From: Candidatus Nanopelagicales bacterium
Lineage (GTDB): Bacteria; Actinomycetota; Actinomycetes; S36-B12; UBA5976
Assembly (NCBI GenBank): GCA_049421205.1
Contig: JBMSMQ010000002.1
Location: forward strand, 68,430 to 132,429
Direction: 5' to 3'
Length of the DNA stretch: 64,000 nt
How positions within the stretch are numbered: position 1 is the first letter of the stretch; each line of letters begins with the position of its first letter. This document shows, one piece after another, positions 27,766-37,628 of this stretch. Position numbers and translations under genes: made by a program. The notes beneath the pieces were generated by a model. The model was not told the origin of the DNA. It saw only the letters and a list, made by a program, of their open reading frames with translations, and made no database searches.

Positions 27766-28820
27766 ACTTCACCAACACATTGTTTGTAAAGGTCTTCATA
27801 TCGCTCGAGTACTAAATCCCAACGATAGGGCTTATTCCGCATATCTACATTATTGCTGAAGTTGAAAAGAATTGCAGGGTCGTGGATGACTTTTTCCAAG
27901 AACTGTTCAATCTCATCATCCCCACTACCGAGAAAACCATCGATCTGATGTTCAACAAAGTCTGCGATGCCACTTTCTTTAAGACCAATCACACCTAATT
28001 GATGAACTTGTGCTTCTGCCGCTGCTAGTCCAAAGGCCTCCAGCTTTGAGAGTTGAATATAGGCATGCGACTGGGCATATTCCTTATGGAGGTCAGTTCT
28101 AGAGAGTCTCCCTAGCAATTCCACATTTGTTACTCCACGTTTTTGAATTTTCCGCTCAATCCTTGACCTCATTGGCCCCTCGCCTGCGATTTTGAGATGA
28201 ATATTTGCACTTGGATACTTAGATTGAATGCGAGCAAAAATTTCTACAAGTTTAAGTAGACGCTTACGCTGAACAAGACGACTTGCGGTAATGAAAGTTA
28301 TCTCTTTTCTTTTGGGAATCTGTGCCATTGGATAATCAATGTCTAGCCCATTCGCAATAATGTGTGCACTCTCATGAAGCCGAAGTGATCGGAGCGCTTG
28401 TCTACTTACCGCAACAACTTGAAGGTGTGTATTTTTAGTGAGTCGATTTTGATAGAGCAATCGTGCGAGACCACCCCAAATGGAATGCACTGTTAAGACA
28501 ACGGGTATGTTCTCACGTTGAGCAACATTTACAGCAGCCCAGCCAAGCCAAGCTCCTGAACCAACGTGAGCATGAATGAGATCAGGGGCAAATTCAAGAA
28601 CTGCGTTTTTGACACCTCGTCTGCTTCCAAATCGAATGAGAGCCCCTCTTTCGATGTGAGCAGATAAACGCTTCACACCAGGCATCTCAAAGCCTGAAGT
28701 CAATGTCAAAACTTGAATTTCATGGCCTCGATTCATCTGCTGCTGAATAAGAGTTTCGACCTGAGTCTCAATGCCACCCAAACGAGGTGGAAAACAGTCG
28801 GTGACGTGGAGAATTCTCAC
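27762..28820 (-). CDS. Family 4 (GT-B) glycosyltransferase
   Basis: 352 aa. MRILHVTDCFPPRLGGIETQV at the N-terminus and the E-x7-E region SKLEAFGLAAAEAQ. Confidence 0.85.
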   Translation of the reverse strand: MRILHVTDCFPPRLGGIETQVETLIQQQMNRGHEIQVLTLTSGFEMPGVKRLSAHIERGALIRFGSRRGVKNAVLEFAPDLIHAHVGSGAWLGWAAVNVAQRENIPVVLTVHSIWGGLARLLYQNRLTKNTHLQVVAVSRQALRSLRLHESAHIIANGLDIDYPMAQIPKRKEITFITASRLVQRKRLLKLVEIFARIQSKYPSANIHLKIAGEGPMRSRIERKIQKRGVTNVELLGRLSRTDLHKEYAQSHAYIQLSKLEAFGLAAAEAQVHQLGVIGLKESGIADFVEHQIDGFLGSGDDEIEQFLEKVIHDPAILFNFSNNVDMRNKPYRWDLVLERYEDLYKQCVGEV

Positions 28821-28848
28821 AGACCAAACTTAAGGGCAAAATAGGGCA

Positions 28849-29640
28849 ATGAAATCGGTGGTCTTCGTTCACGCCCATCCGGATGATGAAGCGCTCTTGA
28901 GCGGAGGAACACTTCGAGCACTACACCAAAAAGGATTCCGAACGGTCGTTATTTTCCTCACCAATGGCGAACGTGGTAAATCAGAAGGAATCGAAGCTGA
29001 ATCCTTAGGAAACATCAGGCAGAAAGAAGCAGCCCGATCTGCAATAATTCTAGGAGTCAGTAAAACCTATTTTCTGGAGTACAGCGACTCAGGACTTGAT
29101 TCTGCTGCTGGACGTATTGAACATTCGCTTATACCTGTTGATGAAGCAACAAATCGAATACGGGACATTCTTGAAAGAGAAAGACCTCTGTTACTCGTGG
29201 GGTACGATTTTGAAGGCGGGTATGGGCACCCTGATCATAAAGCGGTTCACCGTGTTGTCAGAAACCTCGAACTCCTCGAATACATCCCTACAATCCTTGA
29301 AGTTACTGTTGACAGAACCGTGGTTGCATCAACACTTGAACGATTTCGCTTGTTGATTTCTCTGTTCGAGAAATTGAAGATTGCCCAATCGAAGAATATT
29401 TATGAACTTGCAAACAAATTTAGTGCCACAGCAGATATTGCCTATGCGGTTGATGTCAGGAAATTCAGTGCGGCGAAACGATCAGCACTCAAAGCGCACC
29501 TCTCTCAAACTCTTGGAGGAGTTCGCAATTTAAGAATTATGACGATGCTTCCTGGTTTCATTTTCAGATATTTCTTTGGAAAAGAGTGGTTCTGCGTTAT
29601 TCGCGATTCTGACGATAATCCAATTAAAACTTTGATTTAG
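28849..29640 (+). CDS. PIG-L/LmbE family N-acetylglucosaminyl deacetylase
   Basis: 263 aa. VFVHAHPDDEALLSGGTL and GGYGHPDHKAVH are the zinc-binding motifs of the family. Confidence 0.85.
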   Translation: MKSVVFVHAHPDDEALLSGGTLRALHQKGFRTVVIFLTNGERGKSEGIEAESLGNIRQKEAARSAIILGVSKTYFLEYSDSGLDSAAGRIEHSLIPVDEATNRIRDILERERPLLLVGYDFEGGYGHPDHKAVHRVVRNLELLEYIPTILEVTVDRTVVASTLERFRLLISLFEKLKIAQSKNIYELANKFSATADIAYAVDVRKFSAAKRSALKAHLSQTLGGVRNLRIMTMLPGFIFRYFFGKEWFCVIRDSDDNPIKTLI

Positions 29641-30541
29641 AAACAAGTACTTCAACGAAATCTTCAACGGATTTGTATAGATTCACATCGAGAGCATCAA
29701 ACCACGTGATAGTCGTATCACGTTTGAACCATTTCATTTGTTTCTTAACAAATAGCATAGTTTTTTGGGTTATTGCATCAAGTGCATCTTCTTCCATCAC
29801 CTCACCTTTTGCTAATTGATATGCATCCTCATAGCCAATTGCTTTGCTTGCGGTTACCGTCTGAAAGAGTCCTTCTTGTTGAAGTCTCGTTACTTCCGCG
29901 ACGAGTCCACCTCTGAGCATAGCGTTAACACGTTCGCGCACTCGAATACGAAGGATGTCGTGATTCATTTTCAAACCGATTTTTGTGTGTTCGATGTGCG
30001 GCTCTATGTCTGACAATCCAAACTTGTAATGAGCACCTGTTATCTCATTGACCTCAAGAGCGCGAATAATTCTTTTGGTATCTGCTACGGAGATTTGGGA
30101 AGCAGCATCTGGGTCAACGCGAGATAACTTCGCATGCAATTCTTCAGATGCGATTTCCTTGGAAAGTTTGATGAGTCTATCTCTCACCGCTGGATCTGTG
30201 GCCTGAAATTCGAAGTCGTAGAGAACAGCTTGGATGTAGAGGGCGGAGCCACCGACGAGAATTGGTAAGCGACCACGCTCTTGAATATCGCTGATGGCAT
30301 GCCGTGCCCGCAATTGAAATTCGCTCACACTCATTTGGTGAGTAATGTCAACAATATCAATCATATGATGGGCAATTCCTTGATTGTTGGTAATTTTCGC
30401 GGTGGCAATATCCATACCCCTATAGATTTGGTATGCATCGAGACTGACAATTTCTCCATCAAAACATTGTGCGAGATGAATTCCGAGTTGACTTTTACCA
30501 GAGGCGGTGGGCCCGAGTATGACGAGTGGATTCATAGTCAT
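29624..30541 (-). CDS. miaA: tRNA dimethylallyltransferase
   Basis: 305 aa. The P-loop is ILGPTASGKSQLG, with LVGGSALYIQA further on. Confidence 0.93.
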   Translation of the reverse strand: MTMNPLVILGPTASGKSQLGIHLAQCFDGEIVSLDAYQIYRGMDIATAKITNNQGIAHHMIDIVDITHQMSVSEFQLRARHAISDIQERGRLPILVGGSALYIQAVLYDFEFQATDPAVRDRLIKLSKEIASEELHAKLSRVDPDAASQISVADTKRIIRALEVNEITGAHYKFGLSDIEPHIEHTKIGLKMNHDILRIRVRERVNAMLRGGLVAEVTRLQQEGLFQTVTASKAIGYEDAYQLAKGEVMEEDALDAITQKTMLFVKKQMKWFKRDTTITWFDALDVNLYKSVEDFVEVLVSKSKF

Positions 30542-31377
30542 TGAGCAAGTTGCACAACATTCGCCAACAACATAGCTCGAGTCATTGGTCCTGTGCCTCC
30601 TGGCATTGGGCTTATCCAGGATGCTTTCTCATGTACATCTTCAGCGAAATCACCGACAAGTGAGTTTCCAATTCTGGTAATTCCAACATCAATGCAGACC
30701 GCGCCTGATTTAATGTCCTTAGCACGAATTCCCTCTGCCATTCCGGCAGCAGCAATAACAATGTCTGCGTTTGAGGTGTGTGCTGATAAATCTGCAGTTT
30801 TGGAATGGCATAGTGTCACGGTTGCATCAATTCCTTTTTGTGACAGCAGTAACCCAAGAGGGCGACCCACGGTAAGTCCTCTGCCCACCACAACAACGTG
30901 CTTAGCTTCAAGTGAAATCTTGTAATGCTCTAAGAGTTTGATGATACCCAGCGGGGTGCATGGCACAACGCGTGGTTGCTGGTAAAGGAGTAATCCCAAG
31001 TTCTCAGGATGAAGGCCATCTGCGTCCTTCTGGGGATCTATCAACCTGGTAATTGCAAGTGCATCGATTTGTGCAGGTAGAGGCAGTTGAACGATGAATC
31101 CACTGCATTCCGAGGCATTATTCAGGTCATTAACTGCCGCACTGATGTCTTGAAATGATGCATTCTCTTTCAATTCAATTTGTAGGCTGGCAATTCCAAC
31201 TTCACTGCAGTCTTTATGTTTACCATTCACATAAGAGACACTTCCGGGGTCATTCCCGACCAATATGGTTCCAAGACCGGGGAAAATACCTTTTTCATTG
31301 AGGCGTTCGATATCTTCTTTGATTTGTTGTTTGATTTCGCTTGCGACAAGTTTGCCGTCGAGTATTCGAGCACTCAT
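30538..31377 (-). CDS. folD: Bifunctional methylenetetrahydrofolate dehydrogenase/methenyl-THF cyclohydrolase
   Basis: 279 aa. ILDGKLVA..., [30 protein letters not shown] and PGGTGPMT. Confidence 0.93.
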   Translation of the reverse strand: MSARILDGKLVASEIKQQIKEDIERLNEKGIFPGLGTILVGNDPGSVSYVNGKHKDCSEVGIASLQIELKENASFQDISAAVNDLNNASECSGFIVQLPLPAQIDALAITRLIDPQKDADGLHPENLGLLLYQQPRVVPCTPLGIIKLLEHYKISLEAKHVVVVGRGLTVGRPLGLLLSQKGIDATVTLCHSKTADLSAHTSNADIVIAAAGMAEGIRAKDIKSGAVCIDVGITRIGNSLVGDFAEDVHEKASWISPMPGGTGPMTRAMLLANVVQLAQ

Positions 31378-32786
31378 AACAATCCCCGACTAGCAATCTG
31401 CACCAATCCTGAAGTCGAGGAAATTCCCTTACGCGCATCAGGACGACGATGTGAGATGAAGGTGTCTGCCAGTAAATGGTAAGGGGCCGCATACGTGACA
31501 ACTGCATTCACTACATCCCCTGGCATGACATCTCTTCCTTCAACATTGACATGCACCAATCGATTATCGCGGGCTCTTCCCGAGAGGCGATCTGATTCTG
31601 AGTCTTTTTTGCCTTCGCCATCCGCAATTAAAACTTCAACACTCGAGCCAACCTTCAGTAGATTTTCTTCCCACGCAATCTCGTTGATGAGTTCAACGAG
31701 TCGCATATAACGCTCATCAATCAGAGTCTTTGGAACTTGATCAGGCATAACTGCCGCTGGAGTGCCTGGTCTCTTGCTGTACGTGTAGGTATAGGCAACA
31801 GAGAATCGTGCCTCTTTTACTACCTTGAGCGTTTCTTCAAAATCTTCATCGGTCTCTCCGGGGAAACCAACAATAATGTCTGTACTTATGGCTGCTTCTG
31901 GGATTCGCTTTCGAACATCACTCACAATTTCTAAATATCGAGATTGCCGATATGAACGCTTCATTGACGCCAAAATGCGATCTGATCCAGATTGCAGCGG
32001 CATATGAAGCTGAGGCATAACATTGTGAGTCTCGGCCATTGCTTCTATCACATCATTAGAAAACTCTTTCGGATGTGGGCTCACAAATCGTACGCGTTCA
32101 AGTCCCTTTATCTCACCACACGCTCGCAATAACTTCCCGAAGGCAAACTTGTCCTGAAACTCAACACCATACGCATTAACGTTTTGTCCCAGGAGTGTAA
32201 TTTCAACAACCCCGTCGTTCACAAGCATTTCTATTTCTTCAAGTATTTCGCCTGGTCGTCGATCTTTCTCCTTACCTCTCAGCGATGGAACAATGCAAAA
32301 CGTGCAAGTGTTGTTACATCCAACACTGATACTCACCCACGCCGAATACGAATGCTCTCGTTTTGATGGTAAATGTGATGGGAAAACTTCTAGAGCCTCG
32401 CGCATTTCAACCTGCGACTCTTGTTCGATCTCTGCTCTTCGAAGCAATACCGGAAGTGCATTGATATTGTGCGTTCCAAACACAACATCGACCCAGGGTG
32501 CTCGTTCAAGAATCTTGCCTTGGTCCTTCTGTGCTAAACAACCACCAACTGCAATCTTTAATTCTGGTTTTAAAAGCTTCAATGCTCGTAACTGTCCCAG
32601 GTTCCCATACAAGCGATTATCTGCATTCTCTCGCACTGCACAGGTATTAATCACAATTACATCAGCATCATCATCAATAAGCGCCTTGGAATATCCATTC
32701 GCCTCAAGAAGTCCAGCCATTCGTTCAGAATCGTGAACATTCATTTGGCAACCATGCGTACGTACTGAATAGGTCTTTGAACTCAC
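31374..32786 (-). CDS. miaB: tRNA-2-methylthio-N6-dimethylallyladenosine synthase
   Basis: 470 aa. UPF0004 domain has [12 protein letters not shown], radical SAM motif is [11 protein letters not shown], and there is a TRAM C-terminus. Confidence 0.93.
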   Translation of the reverse strand: MSSKTYSVRTHGCQMNVHDSERMAGLLEANGYSKALIDDDADVIVINTCAVRENADNRLYGNLGQLRALKLLKPELKIAVGGCLAQKDQGKILERAPWVDVVFGTHNINALPVLLRRAEIEQESQVEMREALEVFPSHLPSKREHSYSAWVSISVGCNNTCTFCIVPSLRGKEKDRRPGEILEEIEMLVNDGVVEITLLGQNVNAYGVEFQDKFAFGKLLRACGEIKGLERVRFVSPHPKEFSNDVIEAMAETHNVMPQLHMPLQSGSDRILASMKRSYRQSRYLEIVSDVRKRIPEAAISTDIIVGFPGETDEDFEETLKVVKEARFSVAYTYTYSKRPGTPAAVMPDQVPKTLIDERYMRLVELINEIAWEENLLKVGSSVEVLIADGEGKKDSESDRLSGRARDNRLVHVNVEGRDVMPGDVVNAVVTYAAPYHLLADTFISHRRPDARKGISSTSGLVQIASRGLL

Positions 32787-32804
32787 AGTCAGAGTGTAAT
32801 TGCC

Positions 32805-33821
32805 TTACTCTTCTATGAAATCGCGAAAAGTTTGTCCATTCATAGGATCAAAAACACCTACCTCAGTGATTATGCCTGAAATTAAGTCGCGTGGCGTGAC
32901 ATCAAAAGCGGGGTTAAATACCTCTACGCCTCGCGGCGCAATTTCATTCGTGCCCAACCTTGTGACCTCACTTGAACTTCTTTCCTCTATTTCGATGTCA
33001 GCACCACTCAGGATGCTCATATCAAGCGTGCTTGTAGGTGCAGCAACTAGAAAAGGGACACCGGCTCTTTTGCAGGCAAGTGCAACAGCCAAACTGCCAA
33101 TCTTGTTCGCAGTATCGCCATTATTCGCAATTCTGTCTGCTCCGATAATCGCGAAGTCAACCATTCCACTAACAATGGCACTCGCAGCTGCAGAGTCAAC
33201 CTGTATTCGATGTGAAATGCCTAGTTTTTGAAGTTCCCAAGCAGTGAGTCTTGAGCCCTGTAAAAGTGGTCGTGTTTCATCTGCAAGTACCTCTATGACC
33301 TTTCCCTCGTCATGTAACGCACGAATTACACCAAGTGCTGTTCCCCAATACGTTGTAGCAAGTGTTCCTGTGTTGCAGTGAGTGAGAATGCGATAACCAT
33401 CAAGTCCAAGATTCTCTTCGAGCCACCGAACACCGTGAGCCGCGATGGCAAGGTTTGCATCACGATCTTCTTTTTCGATTAATCGTGCTTCTTCCAGTAC
33501 TCGCTCTTTTCCTTCATTCAGGTATGCGCTTACTCGAGTTACTGCCCAACTCAAATTGATAGCGGTAGGACGAGAATCACGAATGCTATCAATTGCATTC
33601 AGTTGATCGTCTAAATTTTGAAACTCATTCATCGCAATCAGAACGCCGTATGCACCTACTGCACCTAATGCTGGAGCACCACGCACCGCAAGGGATTGAA
33701 TCGCCTGGATGACATCATCTACTGTTCGAAGTTCTCGATAGTGCTCGGTTAGCGGCAATAGTGTTTGATCAAGAATTCGAAGATGGTCACTTTTCCACTC
33801 AATGGTTCGGATGTCACTCAC
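32805..33821 (-). CDS. mtnA: S-methyl-5-thioribose-1-phosphate isomerase (eIF-2B alpha/beta/delta family)
   Basis: 338 aa. LRILDQTLLP...AIQSLAVRGAPALG and GADRIANNGDTANKIG. Confidence 0.85.
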   Translation of the reverse strand: MSDIRTIEWKSDHLRILDQTLLPLTEHYRELRTVDDVIQAIQSLAVRGAPALGAVGAYGVLIAMNEFQNLDDQLNAIDSIRDSRPTAINLSWAVTRVSAYLNEGKERVLEEARLIEKEDRDANLAIAAHGVRWLEENLGLDGYRILTHCNTGTLATTYWGTALGVIRALHDEGKVIEVLADETRPLLQGSRLTAWELQKLGISHRIQVDSAAASAIVSGMVDFAIIGADRIANNGDTANKIGSLAVALACKRAGVPFLVAAPTSTLDMSILSGADIEIEERSSSEVTRLGTNEIAPRGVEVFNPAFDVTPRDLISGIITEVGVFDPMNGQTFRDFIEE

Positions 33822-33823
33822 AC

Positions 33824-34318
33824 TTACTCACTTTCAGTATGACGTAATTCTCCCATAACCTGCATAATGACCGAGCTGTTGTGTCCTTTACGCGCCAAAA
33901 AGCCAGTGAGTCGTCTCCAACGTGTTGGCACATCACAAGAACGAAGAGACTGAGATTTTTTTCGGGCAAGGGCAAGTGCTCGCGTGTAATCTTCACTTTC
34001 GTCAGATACTAATTCATCAATGATGTATGACGGTATTCCACGTTTCTTCAATTGCATCCGAAGGTACTGAGGGCCAACACGTTTGTATTCTCGAGCACTA
34101 CGAATGTAAGCCTCGGCGTAGGCATCATCATCAAGAAAACGAAGTGATACTAACTTGGAAAGGACGTCATCGATGTCACTTTCCAAGAAGCCATGCTTGG
34201 CTAAATACTCACGCATTTGAAGGCATGTCATCGAAGAACGATTAAGTCTTCGCAGTGCCTTTGTGTAGGCAGAGCTAGGCTGTGGCGGAATCGCTATCCG
34301 GTTGAGTTGCTGCTGCAA
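33824..34318 (-). CDS. recX: RecA regulator RecX
   Basis: The track ORF extends to 34399 inside recA. The conserved part begins at about [28 protein letters not shown], so I propose the TTG at 34318, which is uncertain. The position immediately after recA is canonical. Confidence 0.75.
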   Translation of the reverse strand: MQQQLNRIAIPPQPSSAYTKALRRLNRSSMTCLQMREYLAKHGFLESDIDDVLSKLVSLRFLDDDAYAEAYIRSAREYKRVGPQYLRMQLKKRGIPSYIIDELVSDESEDYTRALALARKKSQSLRSCDVPTRWRRLTGFLARKGHNSSVIMQVMGELRHTESE

Positions 34319-35321
34319 TTCCAACTCCCAAGGTGGACTTAATCTTGTCTTCAATTTCAAGTGCAAGGTCTGGATTGTCACGCAGGAAGGTGCGCGCATT
34401 TTCTTTACCCTGACCTAATTGATCACCGTTGTAGGTGTACCAAGCACCTGCTTTTCGAATGATGCCGTGTTCAACACCCATATCAATCAAACTACCTTCT
34501 CGGCTGATTCCCTCGCCGTAGACGATATCGAATTCAGCTTGTTTGAATGGTGGAGCTACCTTATTTTTTACGACCTTCACTCGCGTTCTATTTCCGACAA
34601 CGTCTGCGCCATCTTTCAAACTTTCTATGCGGCGGACATCAAGACGAACAGATGCATAAAACTTCAATGCACGACCACCGGTTGTGGTTTCAGGGCTACC
34701 GAACATCACACCAATCTTTTCACGCAACTGATTGATGAAAAGTGCAGTTGTGCCAGTCTGCGATAAAGCACCAGTGATTTTTCGTAGTGCTTGACTCATC
34801 AAACGAGCTTGAAGTCCCATATGACTATCACCCATCTCGCCTTCGATTTCGGCTCGAGGAACGAGTGCCGCAACAGAGTCGATGACAATGAGCGAAATAG
34901 CTCCTGATCGAATCAACATATCGGTGATTTCCAAGGCCTGTTCGCCTGTATCTGGCTGACTTACAAGTAAAGCGTCAATGTCGACACCTAATGCTTTGGC
35001 ATATTCAGGATCAAGGGCGTGCTCAGCATCGATAAAGGCACAAATTCCACCCTGCTTCTGTGCACTGGCAATTGCGTGAAGCGCCACCGTTGTTTTACCT
35101 GAAGATTCTGGACCGAATACTTCGATAACTCGACCTTTCGGAAGACCTCCGATACCAAGAGCGATATCAAGGGCAATCGACCCGGTGGGGATTACTTCAA
35201 TTGGTGGGCGACCTTCTTCCCCAAGGCGCATAACTGAGCCTTTACCAAATTGCTTCTCGATTTGAGAAAGTGCACTATCGAGTGCCTTTACACGATCATT
35301 TCCTGGAACTGCGCCTGCCAT
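34275..35321 (-). CDS. recA: Recombinase RecA
   Basis: Trimmed to the second ATG (35321), which follows AAGGAGAGCAAG. Walker A is [14 protein letters not shown], with [10 protein letters not shown] and IVIDSVAAL. Confidence 0.97.
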   Translation of the reverse strand: MAGAVPGNDRVKALDSALSQIEKQFGKGSVMRLGEEGRPPIEVIPTGSIALDIALGIGGLPKGRVIEVFGPESSGKTTVALHAIASAQKQGGICAFIDAEHALDPEYAKALGVDIDALLVSQPDTGEQALEITDMLIRSGAISLIVIDSVAALVPRAEIEGEMGDSHMGLQARLMSQALRKITGALSQTGTTALFINQLREKIGVMFGSPETTTGGRALKFYASVRLDVRRIESLKDGADVVGNRTRVKVVKNKVAPPFKQAEFDIVYGEGISREGSLIDMGVEHGIIRKAGAWYTYNGDQLGQGKENARTFLRDNPDLALEIEDKIKSTLGVGIAAATQPDSDSATA

Positions 35322-35412
35322 CTTGCTCTCCTTCATACAGCAGACCGGAGGCTACGGGCTAGGTGTGACACCGCTCGACCTACGGTTTTTCCTGTGGACG
35401 GGTAGAGACTAT

Positions 35413-35428
35413 CAGAACATTTGTTCGA
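35413..35428. promoter_or_regulatory. LexA box upstream of recA (minus strand TCGAACAAATGTTCTG)
   Basis: 14/16 match to TCGAAC-N4-GTTCGA, about 92 nt upstream of the recA start. An adjacent degenerate copy on the minus strand, CAGAACAAAGTTTCAT, lies at 35429-35444. Confidence 0.8.
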
Positions 35429-35456
35429 ATGAAACTTTGTTCTGCGGCGTGTCGGG

Positions 35457-35648
35457 CTACTTTTCCCTCGGATCGAGCCGTTCATGAGCCCAGATAGCCC
35501 TCCAGACTACCTGCGTATCAACACCTCGCTCAAGTGCCTGATGCGGTGTCATTCCTAGTTCTTCAATGAATGTGTCCTTTGCCCAGGACTCGGCGTAGGT
35601 AACCCCAAAGTGTCGATTCATGCGGAGCCAAAATTCTGTGAGTTTCAT
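35457..35648 (-). CDS. DUF3046 family small protein (conserved upstream of actinobacterial recA)
   Basis: 63 aa: MKLTEFWLRMNRHFGVTYAESWAKDTF...WRAIW. The ATGA overlap with the upstream TetR-like gene supports translation. Confidence 0.8.
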   Translation of the reverse strand: MKLTEFWLRMNRHFGVTYAESWAKDTFIEELGMTPHQALERGVDTQVVWRAIWAHERLDPREK

Positions 35649-36193
35649 CGCTTCACATCAGTCAAGAGCAGCCTTGAAAATAGCTCACTTGCGCTTTCCC
35701 GTTCGCGAGCCTCTCCAGGCTCGAGTGCCCACGACGAAAGCCACCTCATCAACGTAGTAGCAGTATCAAGATCGGCTGCAACCGACCAATCCATAAGCAA
35801 CTCTGTGACCCGTCCTGCATATGTGTCGTTTTCTAATCGACATAACTCACCGATGATTACTTGGAATTCGTCTGGATTCATTTTTCGAAATCCTTGAATT
35901 CTCCTATCGGTTGATATCCATTCGACAAGATGCAAAATTTTCGAATTGACGCTTGGGTGTTGTTCTGCAATCTGCGCTGCTTCTTTCCAGAGTTGTTCAG
36001 ATAAAAGCCCGAGTGCAAAAGAAATTGATGTCACCTGATTGTAAACAGTTGACCTCGTTAACCCACTTACTTTTGCTAGTTTTGTAAGGGTGATTTTTGA
36101 AAGTGGAACCTCAGTGAGCAACTCTGAAAGTCCATCCAAAATTGCTGCCTCAGTTTTAAGAGTGCGCGCAGTTTTTGTTCGAGTAGTACTCAC
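35645..36193 (-). CDS. TetR/AcrR-like HTH transcriptional regulator
   Basis: 182 aa. ILDGLSELLTEVPLSKITLTKLAKVSGLTRSTVYNQV fits the TetR N-terminal HTH. The GTG start overlaps the clgR stop (GTGA). Confidence 0.6.
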   Translation of the reverse strand: MSTTRTKTARTLKTEAAILDGLSELLTEVPLSKITLTKLAKVSGLTRSTVYNQVTSISFALGLLSEQLWKEAAQIAEQHPSVNSKILHLVEWISTDRRIQGFRKMNPDEFQVIIGELCRLENDTYAGRVTELLMDWSVAADLDTATTLMRWLSSWALEPGEARERESASELFSRLLLTDVKR

Positions 36194-36477
36194 GCAGCTT
36201 GGGATGACTTCTTGGACTGGGCACGTGAAATTGGCATTACCTTGTTTTCTTCACGTGCAAGGGCATCAGCACACTGGCTTACGATTTGGGAGGCAGGAAC
36301 CTCAAGCGCACGACAAATTGCAGCAATCAATTCACTTGAAGGTTCTTTTCGCCCACGTTCAATCTCTGAGAGATATCCAAGTGCTACATTGGAACGGGCA
36401 GATAATTGACGTAAGGTCATTCCTTGCTCTGCTCGATGCACTCTCAATTGAGCACCTAGCACTTCACGAAAAAGCAT
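36190..36477 (-). CDS. clgR: XRE-family regulator ClgR (Clp gene regulator)
   Basis: 95 aa. LRQLSARSNVALGYLSEIERGRKEPSSELIAAICRALEVP is near-identical in pattern to mycobacterial/streptomycete ClgR as I recall it. Confidence 0.85.
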   Translation of the reverse strand: MLFREVLGAQLRVHRAEQGMTLRQLSARSNVALGYLSEIERGRKEPSSELIAAICRALEVPASQIVSQCADALAREENKVMPISRAQSKKSSQAA

Positions 36478-36535
36478 TGTTCCTCCACGGCATACGCTAG
36501 TGCTTCTTGGTTATTTTCGCATTCAGTTCATGAAA

Positions 36536-37117
36536 CTAATCTGTAATGTCGGGAAATCTCTCAAGATCAGTAAGCGGAACCAAAACGTCAAGAGCAAGCC
36601 CACACATCGCAATTGCTGTCTGAACTCGTATTTCTTGCCTATTTCCCTTGAGGTGAAGGCTTTGTGCACGACTGTGCCCAGAGGTGGACAGATATGCTGC
36701 TATGTGCACCTCGCCTACCGGACGGTCGGCTAGGGTCTCGGGGCCGGCGACCCCTGTGCACGATAATCCGAGCGAACTTCTCGTTATCTTCGTGATTCCC
36801 ATTGCCATTGCAAGTGCGGTCTCTGCATTCACGGGTCCTTGAGTTGACAGCAACTTTTCATCTACCTTGAGTAACTCAGATTTGAGATCAGTTGCATAGA
36901 CGACGACTGATCCCCGAAAAACTGATGAGGATCCCTCCACTGATGTCAGTAGAGTCGCGAGCAGTCCACCCGTCAGCGATTCAGCGGTTGAAACTGTGAT
37001 GTTTGCATAGTTGGCTACCGCAATCACCGCTCCCGCGAATTCGTATTCGCTTGGTTTTAGCGATGAATCCATCAAATCACGGAGAGCATTGGCGGCATCA
37101 CGCACGACTTGCTCCAT
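36536..37117 (-). CDS. cinA: CinA-family nicotinamide-nucleotide amidohydrolase domain protein
   Basis: 193 aa. TAESLTGGLLATLLTSVEGSSSVFRGSVVVYA, with the standard location next to pgsA. Confidence 0.85.
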   Translation of the reverse strand: MEQVVRDAANALRDLMDSSLKPSEYEFAGAVIAVANYANITVSTAESLTGGLLATLLTSVEGSSSVFRGSVVVYATDLKSELLKVDEKLLSTQGPVNAETALAMAMGITKITRSSLGLSCTGVAGPETLADRPVGEVHIAAYLSTSGHSRAQSLHLKGNRQEIRVQTAIAMCGLALDVLVPLTDLERFPDITD

Positions 37118-37628
37118 AACTTCGAATGTAGTTCACACCAGTCCATAGTGTGACAATAACTGCTGCACCATAGAAGAGTGGGAGAAGTAATTCAATCTGC
37201 TGCAATTGAAACTCTTCATTGACAAGGGCAATTGAAATTGTTGCAATCTGTACTGCAGTTTTCACTTTTCCACCACGATCTGCTGCTAGCACGTGGGATT
37301 TTATGAGTGTCAAGCGCCAGAGCGTGATTCCAATTTCTCGCACCAGGATGAGAAGTGTTGCCCACCACGGAATCATATAAAGAATAGAAAGACCAATCCA
37401 TGCCACGCCTGTGAGGGCTTTATCTGCAATTGGATCGCCGATTTGACCAAGTGCGCTGACCGTGTTGGTTTTTCGCGCAAGCCAGCCATCGAGGAGATCC
37501 GATATTCCCGCAGCCCAGAAGAGGAGTAATGCCAACAGATATTCCTGCATGGAAATCAACACATACCCAAAAACGGGAACCATAAGTAGTCGTATCAAGG
37601 TAATCAGATTTGGCCAAGTGCGTTTCAT
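37098..37628 (-). CDS. pgsA: CDP-diacylglycerol--glycerol-3-phosphate 3-phosphatidyltransferase
   Basis: 176 aa. DLLDGWLARKTNTVSALGQIGDPIADK is a canonical CDP-alcohol transferase motif. Confidence 0.9.
   Translation of the reverse strand: MKRTWPNLITLIRLLMVPVFGYVLISMQEYLLALLLFWAAGISDLLDGWLARKTNTVSALGQIGDPIADKALTGVAWIGLSILYMIPWWATLLILVREIGITLWRLTLIKSHVLAADRGGKVKTAVQIATISIALVNEEFQLQQIELLLPLFYGAAVIVTLWTGVNYIRSYGASRA

Noticed and set aside
32800-33231. Long antisense ORFs inside housekeeping genes (32800-33231, 38172-38615, 40500-40964, 50202-50663, 59812-60297, 62448-62831, 32293-32736)
   Set aside because: Each is fully embedded opposite a confidently identified gene (mtnA, rimO, ftsK, pnp, proS/TauE, ispG, miaB). 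Their compositions are Ser/Ala/Thr/Pro-rich, typical of antisense frames, and they have no recognisable domains.
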